The notes beneath the pieces were generated by a model. The model worked only from the letters and a program-made list of their open reading frames with translations, did no database searches and had not been told where the DNA came from. Shown here in pieces: positions 37,185 through 46,209 of a stretch of 64,000 nucleotides of DNA (within the stretch, counting starts at the first letter, position 1; each line of letters begins with the position of its first letter). Position numbers and translations under genes: made by a program. Origin of the DNA: a virus; IMG/VR virus record IMGVR_UViG_2509601031_000003; one strand, written 5' to 3'.

Positions 37185-37865
37185 TCAGCCTGCCTTGCGT
37201 CCGAACCTAATTACCCGTCCTGGAGTTGGCGCAAAGCTCGGCTCTTTCTGGGTTGGATTCGCGGCTTGCTCGCGTAATGCTCGATAGCGATCGACTAGAG
37301 AAGCCTTGCGAGCAGTGAGCCTAGCTGTTTCAAGTCCGGCTTGTTCCCCAAACTGTGCTTGCTCAAAATCACGATTGTTATTGTGCTTGTGATCTTCGAG
37401 CTTGATGCCCAACTCCATTTGCAAGCGGGCAAGATGCTCAGCGTTTGCGTTCCGCCGCTGTAGAATGCCCATTTGAGAATTGTGCTTGTACACTGCCTCA
37501 GACAGTTTCAAGTCATTCTGAGCGTCGTTATATCGAGCACTAAGAACTGATTTGCCAAGCTCTAATTTCTCTTTCTGAATTTCGGCAAATGTCTCTAAAT
37601 TCTGCTCTTGAGTTCTGCGGTATTCCTTCCAGTACTCAAGCTGTGCTTGCAATGAAACGCGATCGCCCTTGGCATCATTAACGGTCTGTGCCGATAGCTC
37701 TCCCATTGGGAAATCCCACGGCAAGCCGTTGGCAAATTTCTCAACGTCTGACCATTTCGATCCCGACATTCCGAACGGCTCTGATTGCTCTCCGTTCAGT
37801 CCGACGACAGTTAGAGATTTAAACCGGTTAAACGCGCCTGCAAGACCCGCAAGTGACTTAAACAT
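37185..37865 (-). CDS. Coiled-coil protein
   Basis: 226 aa helical; GAGG RBS. Confidence 0.6.
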   Translation of the reverse strand: MFKSLAGLAGAFNRFKSLTVVGLNGEQSEPFGMSGSKWSDVEKFANGLPWDFPMGELSAQTVNDAKGDRVSLQAQLEYWKEYRRTQEQNLETFAEIQKEKLELGKSVLSARYNDAQNDLKLSEAVYKHNSQMGILQRRNANAEHLARLQMELGIKLEDHKHNNNRDFEQAQFGEQAGLETARLTARKASLVDRYRALREQAANPTQKEPSFAPTPGRVIRFGRKAG

Positions 37866-37872
37866 AATTTCC

Positions 37873-38199
37873 TCACTGTGAGCAGAATGCTAAACACTTC
37901 GAGCCAGATTGATTTTGCGCGGGAGCAGGAACAATAACGATCGACGGTTGAGGTTGTTGCTGCTGGACTTGCGGAACAGGCGCGGGCGGGCGAGCTAAAA
38001 GCATTCCAAGAATCACCAGCCCAATCGCACCCAAACAGCCACAAGCAATTACGAAGATCCGAACCGCTAGTGGATCGCCCATCACTACAGGCGGCTGGGT
38101 TGTGATGCTTGATTCCTCGATCGGAATCAGAGTGAGTGAGCGGTCTGGTTCTAGTTCGTCAATTTTTACGAGTTTGGGCGGGGAGACTCTGACGAGCAT
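37873..38199 (-). CDS. Single-TM protein with Q/P-rich tail
   Basis: IFVIACGCLGAIGLVILGMLL; ends KCLAFCSQ. Confidence 0.55.
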   Translation of the reverse strand: MLVRVSPPKLVKIDELEPDRSLTLIPIEESSITTQPPVVMGDPLAVRIFVIACGCLGAIGLVILGMLLARPPAPVPQVQQQQPQPSIVIVPAPAQNQSGSKCLAFCSQ

Positions 38200-38563
38200 T
38201 GCATTTCTCCTGTAGTTGGTTGATTTGATACCCCTGAACAATCGAAGCGAGTGCAGCAAGCGCGGCTGTTCCTGTTACTGCTACCAATGCCAAGCAGCAG
38301 TAAGACTTCAAAGAAGCGATCGCTGATCTCAGCTCGGAAATCGTTTTTTCGGATTCCGCCTTCTGCTGCTGTCTCAGCTTACTGAGTCCGTTGAGATGCT
38401 CAATGATTTGAGCATTGGACTCAGTAAGTGTTTGAATCTGCGTTTCGTGGTCGATGATTGCAGCTTCAATTGAAAAGTCATGCAAGGACGATCGCGGCTG
38501 ATTCAAATCGGTCGGGCTGTCCGGTTTGCGGTTGGTTGGTTTGGCGTAGGACCTCATAGCCAC
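38159..38563 (-). CDS. Coiled-coil + TM protein
   Basis: Coiled coil then YCCLALVAVTGTAALAALASIV. Confidence 0.55.
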   Translation of the reverse strand: MAMRSYAKPTNRKPDSPTDLNQPRSSLHDFSIEAAIIDHETQIQTLTESNAQIIEHLNGLSKLRQQQKAESEKTISELRSAIASLKSYCCLALVAVTGTAALAALASIVQGYQINQLQEKCNARQSLPAQTRKN

Positions 38564-38891
38564 CTGAAACTTTTTTAATTGCGGTGTGTTCAGCCAAGAA
38601 CTCTAGATAGAAATCGCCGTCGCTGGACGTGACCGTTTTCACCTTGCACCGAGATTCCGGCGCTTCCTCCTCGGAGTGCTGCGAAATCAGAGTTTCCCCT
38701 TCACCCATCAAGTCCTGAGTGAGAAAGCGAGTCTGAGTAAAGTCGTAATCCTCGACGGCGACAATTACGCCGTCTCGTCGATGCACGAACAGCAAGCGAT
38801 GCTGACGGCTCCCCAGAGCCGCAGGCACAATCAGCAGGGACAGGGTTGAACGATCAGTTTTGACGAGTAATTTCTGAGTTGCGTTGATCAT
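38478..38891 (-). CDS. Hypothetical protein
   Basis: Start MINATQ after AAGGAG. Confidence 0.5.
   Translation of the reverse strand: MINATQKLLVKTDRSTLSLLIVPAALGSRQHRLLFVHRRDGVIVAVEDYDFTQTRFLTQDLMGEGETLISQHSEEEAPESRCKVKTVTSSDGDFYLEFLAEHTAIKKVSGGYEVLRQTNQPQTGQPDRFESAAIVLA
38505..38527. repeat. 23-bp palindrome copy 15 (gene overlap)
   Basis: AAATCGGTCG-GGC-TGTCCGGTTT. Confidence 0.8.
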
Positions 38892-39271
38892 GGTTTGGCT
38901 CCTTGAGTGATCTGACATTTGGGCTGTACTGCAATCCAGGCGGTGCAGAGCGAAACCCCTAGCACTAAGCCCAGAACAAATGCAGCCAACACCCAAATTC
39001 TTGATTTCAGCGCAAAAATCGCACTCATGAACGCCAATCGCATCTGCCATTCGTGGCGAATCAAATCAAATTGAGTCGCTTGTTGCTGCTGCGCTTGCTC
39101 GATTTCTTGGCTGATTAGTTGCGATAGCTCATGGTCGGTCATGCCATTGAGATTTCGCAGAATACTAAACTCGATCGCGGCTTGTTGCTTCGCAAGTTGA
39201 CCTGTGGACTCACAAACCTGCTGAGTCCGACTGGAAGAAACTTGCTGCAAATAGCGATCGTAATAGGTCAT
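38888..39271 (-). CDS. Coiled-coil + TM protein
   Basis: IWVLAAFVLGLVLGVSLCTAWIAV. Confidence 0.55.
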   Translation of the reverse strand: MTYYDRYLQQVSSSRTQQVCESTGQLAKQQAAIEFSILRNLNGMTDHELSQLISQEIEQAQQQQATQFDLIRHEWQMRLAFMSAIFALKSRIWVLAAFVLGLVLGVSLCTAWIAVQPKCQITQGAKP

Positions 39272-39627
39272 AGGTCGATGCCGTATTCCTTGAGAAATTC
39301 AGACGCGATTTGCCTGGAATCTTGAACCGCTTCTTTTACGGATGCTTTCGTAACTTGCAATCTTCGAGCGTTTTCGGCTTCGGTTAGAGGGAGTTGAGCT
39401 TCAACCTTGGTCGCAGCTTCTACCTCAATCATGGCGGGGACAGCGTTGTAAACACTAGCAACGATATCGGATGTCTCACCCACAATCGCGCGGGCATTCT
39501 CGATCGCGCTATCAATCTGCAATGCGCCCTGAGCAGCGAGCTTGCGACGGGCAGAATCTCCCTTTTTGCCGCGCTTGGGAGTATTCGGAACTGGGATGTT
39601 ATTCTCTTGAATCGCGAGGTCGGACAT
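39268..39627 (-). CDS. Hypothetical helical protein
   Basis: GGAGG RBS before MSDLAIQE. Confidence 0.55.
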   Translation of the reverse strand: MSDLAIQENNIPVPNTPKRGKKGDSARRKLAAQGALQIDSAIENARAIVGETSDIVASVYNAVPAMIEVEAATKVEAQLPLTEAENARRLQVTKASVKEAVQDSRQIASEFLKEYGIDL

Positions 39628-39952
39628 CAAATTCCTCCAAAATTCGACGATGGACAAGTGGATAAAGCTCTTTGTAGCCTCTTCCCGTAAAACTTCGAGC
39701 GCCAAAGCGATGTAGTAAGGCGCAGGTGATTAGTCCTGACAGGATCGCCAGCGGCGCTGAATCTTCAGATTTTCCCGACACACAAAACCGAGCGCACCAC
39801 CGCGAAAAGGTCGGGGCGGGGATGGGTTTACCTGCAACCGCATTACAGCGATCGCGGATGTAAGCGATCGAGATCTGAAGCTCGGTTGTCTCAGTTTCAT
39901 GTGTGAAAGTTTGAACCATTTCCACCGATTTACTTGGGTTTGAGACTTTCAT
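39599..39952 (-). CDS. Putative HTH DNA-binding protein heading the membrane/ATPase operon
   Basis: ISIAYIRDRC...IPAPTFSRWC HTH-like pattern. Confidence 0.45.
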   Translation of the reverse strand: MKVSNPSKSVEMVQTFTHETETTELQISIAYIRDRCNAVAGKPIPAPTFSRWCARFCVSGKSEDSAPLAILSGLITCALLHRFGARSFTGRGYKELYPLVHRRILEEFDVRPRDSRE

Positions 39953-40055
39953 GTGTGAAAGTTCATTAAAAGACTAGCACATAATTTCCCTAAGAACGTA
40001 CCTTAGTGAGTACTCAAAAGGTATATTTTGAATACAGTCTCAATGAGCGCGTATT

Positions 40056-40313
40056 ATGACTAACGAAGCGATGCCCTTAGAAGCCCCTATCGACATGCCA
40101 GAAACCGACGCGCCTAAAATGGAAGTGGTTAAATTCTCTGTGCCAGCCCCTTTACTTGAAGAGGCGCGAGAACTCGCAAAGGCAGAGGGATGGAAACCCG
40201 CAGAGTTAGATCGAATTTTTTGGGAAAGAGGTTTCGCTGCGTATGCGGAAGGAAGCAACAAGCGCGGCGTAAACCGAAATTTACGGAAGCAACGATCCGA
40301 AGAATCGCCGTGA
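40056..40313 (+). CDS. CopG/RHH-like regulator
   Basis: VVKFSVPAPLLEEARELAKAEGWKPAEL; divergent from 39952. Confidence 0.55.
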   Translation: MTNEAMPLEAPIDMPETDAPKMEVVKFSVPAPLLEEARELAKAEGWKPAELDRIFWERGFAAYAEGSNKRGVNRNLRKQRSEESP

Positions 40314-40332
40314 CGCGATCGATAAATTATCA

Positions 40333-40611
40333 ATGTCAGACAGAGAAACTAAATTCAGCTATTGGAGAAACACAGTGTCACAGCAAGCAAAAGTAGCGGG
40401 CGGTCTTCCTCCTGATCCTGATAACCCCGGCTGGGTGAAGGGGTGGGGAGTAGTCAGAAACAGTCCTTGGCATCTGTACGCAGTTTGTGTGACCGAGGGC
40501 GAGGCTAATCAAGCCTTGGAAGAAGCAGGGAGCGAATACCAAGTTATCTATGGATCGCATGAACTTGGCTACGACAGTTTTATGTCTGAGAGTTCTTCGA
40601 TCGGGCGCTGA
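40333..40611 (+). CDS. Hypothetical protein
   Basis: 92-aa ORF. Confidence 0.55.
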   Translation: MSDRETKFSYWRNTVSQQAKVAGGLPPDPDNPGWVKGWGVVRNSPWHLYAVCVTEGEANQALEEAGSEYQVIYGSHELGYDSFMSESSSIGR

Positions 40612-40644
40612 GCAAAAGTCGATCGACAAATTAACGGTCACGCC

Positions 40645-40667
40645 AAATCGGACAGCGTGACCGTTTT
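40645..40667. repeat. 23-bp palindrome copy 16
   Basis: AAATCGGACA-GCG-TGACCGTTTT; half-site TAACGGTCACGC just upstream. Confidence 0.95.
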
Positions 40668-40722
40668 CTATTGGGAGCGCTATCGAACAGCTATCGAACA
40701 GCTATCGATAGCTAAATCACTG

Positions 40723-41001
40723 TTACAAGCTCAACTCTTTTCCCGCCCCGCCTAACCTCTGGCTGTCACAGTCCTCCCAAACCAGCGCCGCAGCTCGAAG
40801 TCGTCCTTCCAGGTGAATAGGCAGGCGCATTGTTTTAGTCGGCGTTTTAAACTTGTGACACGCCGCTGGAACTTCGACCCAATCGATCGGAAGAATTGCG
40901 AAGACATCATCGACTGAAATGCAGACCCCGCCGGATTCGTGCGCTCCAAGATACTCGGCAGTCTGACCAGCAAATTCGCCTTTGATTACTGTTACACTCA
41001 T
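40723..41001 (-). CDS. KOW-motif small protein
   Basis: VTVIKGEFAGQTAEYLG; N-terminus duplicated at 43536-43742. Confidence 0.5.
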   Translation of the reverse strand: MSVTVIKGEFAGQTAEYLGAHESGGVCISVDDVFAILPIDWVEVPAACHKFKTPTKTMRLPIHLEGRLRAAALVWEDCDSQRLGGAGKELSL

Positions 41002-41183
41002 TTTTTGCTGAAGTGAGAGAAGCCTTTACAGGATATGCGTTGCGTTTAATTTTGGAACTGTGACAGGCGCTTTTGAAGTTGCCCAGAAAACGCATGGCGA
41101 CTCTCCGATATTGGACTCAGATAGACAGCTCGAAGGTTTACAGCTTAGAGGTGTCCATCTAGTTCAAATTAACAAGATAAATA

Positions 41184-41351
41184 ATGCGTAACTTTGCACC
41201 CCTCCTAATCGCCTTGGCGATACTCAGCTCTGATGTCCGCGATCGCATTTCGGACACTGCCGACACCGCAAGAGACATTTTGTTGATATGTATGTTGCTA
41301 GAACCACCGAAGCCACCGAAGCCACCGGTCGATCGCAATAAACGTAAGTAG
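41184..41351 (+). CDS. 55-aa peptide with hydrophobic N-terminus and PPK repeats
   Basis: Manual translation MRNFAPLLIALAILSS...EPPKPPKPPVDRNKRK; hairpins follow. Confidence 0.4.
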   Translation: MRNFAPLLIALAILSSDVRDRISDTADTARDILLICMLLEPPKPPKPPVDRNKRK

Positions 41352-41445
41352 TCTCGTCAAACACCCGTCCTCATTTTTGAGGACGGCTCTAACACAACTC
41401 AAGACCTAGATGAACGCCTTAGCAGTGAGTCTCTAGGTCTTTTTC

Positions 41446-41613
41446 ATGAGAACCCTTTCATCGATCGCGCTAACCTTCCATCTTCTTGCTCCAGTCAACG
41501 ATGCTTTTCAGGTCATCCCACCCCCGATCGTCGAAGTCGCGCAGTCTGCGATCGAGCTAACTGTCGAAGTGCAGGAAAGAAAACGTCAGCTCGACTACCT
41601 GTCAGATCAATAG
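41446..41613 (+). CDS. 55-aa peptide
   Basis: Manual translation MRTLSSIALTFHLLAPVND...QLDYLSDQ. Confidence 0.3.
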   Translation: MRTLSSIALTFHLLAPVNDAFQVIPPPIVEVAQSAIELTVEVQERKRQLDYLSDQ

Positions 41614-41744
41614 CTTCGAGTTAAGGGGGATTCATCCTCCTTAAAATACTCTTAGTGAAAAATTTTAGTATTACGCTAAGCTGCTTGAGCGGGTTAACAC
41701 TTTTGAATTCTTAATCCACTCAAAAATTAAACGGTTGATTAGCT

Positions 41745-42428
41745 ATGAGTGATTTAGTCTCAGCAATGATAGGCGTAATGGGAACCCTTTTAGTAAAGGG
41801 TGAAGTATACAAATTTTTAGCAACTGTCTTCGGAGAGTCGGCAGAAAAAGTCTCTGAAACTATTGCCAATGAGATTAGATGTTTTAACATGCAAAGAACA
41901 GCAGAAACACTACTGAAAATCTGTGAAAGCTTCAATCAGGCCGGGATAGAAGCTCAATCAGTTCCACTCAAGAATTTAATTCCACTACTTGAAGGTATCT
42001 CTATAGAAGAAAACCCAACACTGCAAGAATGGTGGGCCAACTTACTAGAGTCAGCCATTGCAAAAGGTGGAATACATCCAAGCTATACATCAATTATGAA
42101 AGACCTAGATGCTTTAGATAGCAGGATCTTAGATCTGATGTTTTTGGAAAACAAAACGTTAGATCAGGTCAAGAAGCACGCGAAGGACGGTAGTCTTACA
42201 GCGTTAGGCAAAGCTATAGGCGTGGATCGCGAAACGCTTATTGAAAGAATTCAAGTCGATGAAAACTCGATAGAAGTCAGTATTGGTAACTTGGTTCGTC
42301 TCAACTTATGCACAGAAAAACACTTTTCAATAGATGGGGAGCTTGCCCCGCACCCCGCACTAGACAACAGAATTCTCTTGACTTCTTTAGGTGAAGCCTT
42401 CATCAAGGAAGCAACACGCGATCCGTAA
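41745..42428 (+). CDS. DUF4393/Abi-alpha-like protein
   Basis: VPLKNLIPLLEGISIEENPTLQEWWANLL..IHPSYTSIMKDLD; C-terminal wHTH LTSLGEAF; AT-richer than flanks. Confidence 0.7.
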   Translation: MSDLVSAMIGVMGTLLVKGEVYKFLATVFGESAEKVSETIANEIRCFNMQRTAETLLKICESFNQAGIEAQSVPLKNLIPLLEGISIEENPTLQEWWANLLESAIAKGGIHPSYTSIMKDLDALDSRILDLMFLENKTLDQVKKHAKDGSLTALGKAIGVDRETLIERIQVDENSIEVSIGNLVRLNLCTEKHFSIDGELAPHPALDNRILLTSLGEAFIKEATRDP

Positions 42429-42631
42429 GCTATAAGCGCGCAACTTCTTCTGAAAGCTCATTCGTTGCGAGGCTGGGATACAAGTGCACGTCATCATCCA
42501 GCCCGTAACCTGTCTCTAACCAGTACTCAGCCTGCGATCTCGCATCCGATAATTCATCCCGCGCGATCGCATTCTGTCTGATTTTCCAGCAAGGTTTTTG
42601 CTGGTAGTGTTCTAGATGTGTGGGCATAACG

Positions 42632-43045
42632 TTATACTGCTCGCCCGAACTCATGACGATTGATGAATAATCCAATCACAGTATCATGCATCTTCTCAGT
42701 CTTGGAAAAACAGATCGTCTTTCTGGCAAGCCGCTTGATCCGAGTTCTCAAAGTTAGATGTTTCCGCTCAATGCGCTGTGTGTTGGCTTTGCCAACCGTA
42801 TGGTGCTGCTCATCTAGCAATCGCAAGTAAGCTCCCCAACTATCGGTGTAAAACCGTTGAATCGAAAAAGGAGCTAACAGTTGCTGAAGTTGCTTAAGAG
42901 CTGAGTCTTCATGGGTGGCTAGCACATAGGCAAGGACTTTTCCAGTTTGATGGTCAATCGCGTGCCACAACCATCGTTGATGCTGCTTTGACTCGACAAA
43001 ACTCCACATCTCGTCCATCTCCGCCGCCTCGACTCTGACGACCAT
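42632..43045 (-). CDS. insB: IS1 InsB (expressed as InsAB via -1 frameshift)
   Basis: EMDEMWSFV, YTDSWGAY, TQRIERKHLTLRTRIKRLARKTICFSK; -1 frame open from the A7G run. Confidence 0.93.
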   Translation of the reverse strand: MVVRVEAAEMDEMWSFVESKQHQRWLWHAIDHQTGKVLAYVLATHEDSALKQLQQLLAPFSIQRFYTDSWGAYLRLLDEQHHTVGKANTQRIERKHLTLRTRIKRLARKTICFSKTEKMHDTVIGLFINRHEFGRAV

Positions 43046-43089
43046 GACTGCCGTGTTATCCGGTTGGTGCTGTTCGAGCAGACTTATGT

Positions 43090-43377
43090 TTACTTGTTCA
43101 AGTTGACTTGACTTTTTTTCAGCGTTTCAATCACAGTCGTTGGGCTAATCTTCAACACTCTGGCGGTATCACGAATACCACTGCCGTTGATTGCCATGTC
43201 GCTGATTTGCGCTTTGACTTCAGGCAGTCGTCCTCGATAGCTAAAGTTCAAGATAAATGATCGTCTCGAACACTCTAAGTTACGGCAACAATACCGTTGT
43301 TTTCCAGCAGCACTGCGACCATGCTTAACGACATCCACACTCTGGCAATCGGGACATTGAACAGGTTCTAGGACCAT
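43090..43377 (-). CDS. insA: IS1 InsA
   Basis: CPDCQS...GKQRYCCRNLEC, NGSGIRDTARVLKIS; A7G slippery run near 43112-43120. Confidence 0.93.
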   Translation of the reverse strand: MVLEPVQCPDCQSVDVVKHGRSAAGKQRYCCRNLECSRRSFILNFSYRGRLPEVKAQISDMAINGSGIRDTARVLKISPTTVIETLKKSQVNLNK

Positions 43378-43535
43378 CTCGACTCAGCCCTCTAACACAT
43401 CGTTTTCATTCTGCCATATATCCACATATCTAGAACACTACCGTTTTTGCTCGTACTGGATGCGCCGAAGTCGAGCGATCGTTTGTCCAATGTGGTGCGG
43501 TTTTCTACTCATTGCTTTTGTTGGCGGTAGGAGTT

Positions 43536-43742
43536 TTAGCTCGAATCAAAAAGCGCGCTTGCCCTCCAAATTGTTAAAAGACAACTCCTCATAGCCGAGC
43601 GACCGCCGCAGCTATTCTGCCACTTGTTTGCACTTTTGATTGAAATGCAGACTCCGTTTGTATCGATCGCGCCAAGATACTCGGCGGACTGACCTGCGAA
43701 TTCGCCTTTAGCAACTGTGACAGGCAAGATTTTTAGAACCAA
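43536..43742 (-). CDS. KOW-motif small ORF (partial duplicate of 40723-41001)
   Basis: VTVAKGEFAGQSAEYLG. Confidence 0.35.
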   Translation of the reverse strand: MVLKILPVTVAKGEFAGQSAEYLGAIDTNGVCISIKSANKWQNSCGGRSAMRSCLLTIWRASALFDSS

Positions 43743-43781
43743 AACAAACCCCCTCTAATTCACGCCAGAGGGGGTTTGTTT
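43742..43781. terminator. Bidirectional terminator-like hairpin
   Basis: AAACAAACCCCCTCT...AGAGGGGGTTTGTTT. Confidence 0.7.
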
Positions 43782-43828
43782 ACTGCTTTCTCAAGGCGGC
43801 TGGAGACAAGCCAATCGATCGTGAGGTT

Positions 43829-46108
43829 CTATTGCTCTGGCTGATGTATTGGGATCTGAATCACAAATTCAGTACCCTTGCCCAACGTCGAGAAACACGT
43901 CAGTTTGCCACCATGTTTCTCTGTGATGATTTGATAGCTGATCGACATCCCCATGCCCGTTCCTTTCCCGATCGGCTTGGTGGTGAAAAACGGATCAAAA
44001 ATTCGGCACTGAATCGCTTCAGGAATGCCTGTGCCATTGTCTGAGATCGCAATCTGCACCCATTTACTATCAATTACAGAAGTCCGAATCGTAATTTGGC
44101 TAGGATTTGCCTGGATTTCTGCAAACGTTCGTCCAGCATTGAATTCATCCAAAGCATCGATCGCGTTTACGAGAATGTTCATAAACACCTGATTGAGTTG
44201 TCCGGCATAGCACTCGACCACGGGTAAGGTGCTGTAGTCTTTGATTAATTCGATCTCCGGGCGTTCTGGACGAGCTTTGAGCCGATGTTGCAAAATCATC
44301 AATGTGCTATCGATTCCCTCATGCAAATCGACCGCTTTACAATCGGCTTCGTCTATCCGTGAGAAGTTTCGCAGGGACAAAACAATCTGGCGAATGCGAT
44401 CAGTACCCATTCTCATCGAAGACACGAGCTTGGGAAGATCAGTGTACAAAAATTCTAAATCGATCTGCTCAGCCTCCGCCTGAATTTCGGGAACAGGATT
44501 AGGGTAATGCTGTTGATAGAGTTGGACAAAGTTTAACAAATCCTGGGTGTACTCCTGCACATGGAAGAGGTTCCCGTAGATGAAGTTGACTGGATTGTTT
44601 ATTTCATGGGCAACCCCAGCGACGAGTTGCCCCAAGCTTGACATCTTTTCGCTCTGAGCCATTTGGGTCTGAGAGTGTTGCAGTTTCTGGAGGGTCTGTT
44701 CTAGTAACTGGTTTTTTTCTTTTAACTGCGTTTCAGACTGTTGCAGTGCCGTTTGCGATCGCTGCCGTTCTGCAATTTCTGCTTGAAGTTGAGCATTGAG
44801 ACGCTTTTGTTCCTCGGTTTGCGCTTCCAGGTCTAAATTCTTCAGCAGGTTATCTGCCATTTGATTAAAGGTCGTGGCAAGTTGTCCAACTTCATCCGTT
44901 GCGAAGACTTCAGCTCGGATGTGCAAGTTCCCAGAACCAAGTATTTGCGCGGTTTGCTGCAAGCGTCGGATCGGTTCAACGACCGCACAACTGAGCAAGA
45001 TCGCTAATCCCGACCCGCCGATCAGAATCAGCAGAGAGACGATGAGTTGAACGGACAGACTATTTTTGAGCAAAGCATTAAGGGCATCCTCTGGCGTTCC
45101 TCGAACCAGCACGGCGACTGGCTCTCCAGCAAAGTTGAGGAGCGCTTTCGCGGCGATCGTATAGGTCTGAGTGCCCATGCGATCGCGCCCGGTCACAATC
45201 TTGCCTTGAGCCGCAATTGCCGCTTGTAGCAAACGCTCATCCATCACAACAGGATTGAGCGGCTGAGTTGCCAATGCTGAAGGGGCGGGATCGCTAGCGG
45301 CTTCCAGTGCAGCGACCAAGTTAAATTGTCCCGAAGGCAACCGCAGATAAACTCCACTGTAGCCGCCGTTCAGCGTTTCTAACGTCCGTTGTACGATCGG
45401 GCGTTTTCCATTGACCACATCTCCAGAAATCAATACGCCTACGACCGTGTTGGTTTGACGATCGCGCACGGGAGTCGCCGTGTAACGAATCAGCGCATTT
45501 TCAGCCTTGATTTCAGAAAGAAGCGGTGGAGCCTCTTGCGTTAACTCTGCACGGCTAACGATTTCGCTCGTCTTAATTTGCTGAGGCTGTTTCAGCGCTT
45601 GACTGACGAGATTGTTGGGATTGAAGATTTGACCAGCGCGATCGACACCTGCATTAACGATAATTTTCAAATCCCGTCCTACAAGCGTGGCATACTCAAT
45701 CTCTCTCGCTTTGATTTCATTTTGCAGAATTTGCTTAACTTGCTGCTGTAATGCTGGATCTAAAGGTTGTCCCTCGCTATATGATTTTGCGGCTGCGATG
45801 ATTGCTGGATTATCTGACTGCCCCCGAAATCCAAAGCCCATTTGGTTGATTTTGATATCGTACTGAATGGCAGTGACCGCTAACTCGGATGTTGCCTGCT
45901 GAACCAGTTGTTTCTGTCCTCCGGTGACAATCAAGTAAGCCCCAATCCCCACTAGACCACCGATGGACAGTGCTTGTAGGGCAAACAATCCAATCAGTTG
46001 CTTTTGCCGAATGGGGCGATTATAAAACCACTTGAGAACGCCTAGCTTCTGTGGAAGTCTTGTCCCATCATTGCTTAACCGAACCGATTTAAGTTGACGA
46101 GAACTCAC
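43829..46108 (-). CDS. Membrane sensor histidine kinase (sensor, HAMP, HisKA, HATPase)
   Basis: DEVGQLATTFNQM, VAHEINNP, QLNQVFMNILVNAIDA, DNGTGI, FDPFFTTKPIGKGTGMGMSIS. Confidence 0.95.
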   Translation of the reverse strand: MSSRQLKSVRLSNDGTRLPQKLGVLKWFYNRPIRQKQLIGLFALQALSIGGLVGIGAYLIVTGGQKQLVQQATSELAVTAIQYDIKINQMGFGFRGQSDNPAIIAAAKSYSEGQPLDPALQQQVKQILQNEIKAREIEYATLVGRDLKIIVNAGVDRAGQIFNPNNLVSQALKQPQQIKTSEIVSRAELTQEAPPLLSEIKAENALIRYTATPVRDRQTNTVVGVLISGDVVNGKRPIVQRTLETLNGGYSGVYLRLPSGQFNLVAALEAASDPAPSALATQPLNPVVMDERLLQAAIAAQGKIVTGRDRMGTQTYTIAAKALLNFAGEPVAVLVRGTPEDALNALLKNSLSVQLIVSLLILIGGSGLAILLSCAVVEPIRRLQQTAQILGSGNLHIRAEVFATDEVGQLATTFNQMADNLLKNLDLEAQTEEQKRLNAQLQAEIAERQRSQTALQQSETQLKEKNQLLEQTLQKLQHSQTQMAQSEKMSSLGQLVAGVAHEINNPVNFIYGNLFHVQEYTQDLLNFVQLYQQHYPNPVPEIQAEAEQIDLEFLYTDLPKLVSSMRMGTDRIRQIVLSLRNFSRIDEADCKAVDLHEGIDSTLMILQHRLKARPERPEIELIKDYSTLPVVECYAGQLNQVFMNILVNAIDALDEFNAGRTFAEIQANPSQITIRTSVIDSKWVQIAISDNGTGIPEAIQCRIFDPFFTTKPIGKGTGMGMSISYQIITEKHGGKLTCFSTLGKGTEFVIQIPIHQPEQ

Positions 46109-46209
46109 GTTACAACTCCTTTGCCATCTCTACCAAAAAATGCTCTTCCCGCAAGGTACCCCAATCTAGGCTCAAGCTGAACACTAGACATTGCGTGATG
46201 TCTTGACTA

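Larger units (their letters stand above)
42603..43442 (-). mobile_element. IS1-family insertion sequence (840 bp)
   Basis: Terminal IRs GGTAGTGTTCTAGAT(G/A)TGTGG; 9-bp TSD GTTTTTGCT at 42594-42602 and 43443-43451. Confidence 0.95.
42430..43512 (-). pseudogene. 77-aa ORF interrupted by IS1
   Basis: Removing IS1 and one TSD restores MSRKPHHIGQTIARLRRIQYEQKPCWKIRQN...EEVARL. Confidence 0.7.

Noticed and set aside
41247-41260. ATTTCGGACACTG as a 23rd repeat copy
   Set aside because: Only one arm matches; second arm absent
42430-42675. Track ORF MDYSSIV... as a real gene
   Set aside because: Its N-terminus lies inside the IS1 end; it is the 3' remnant of the interrupted gene
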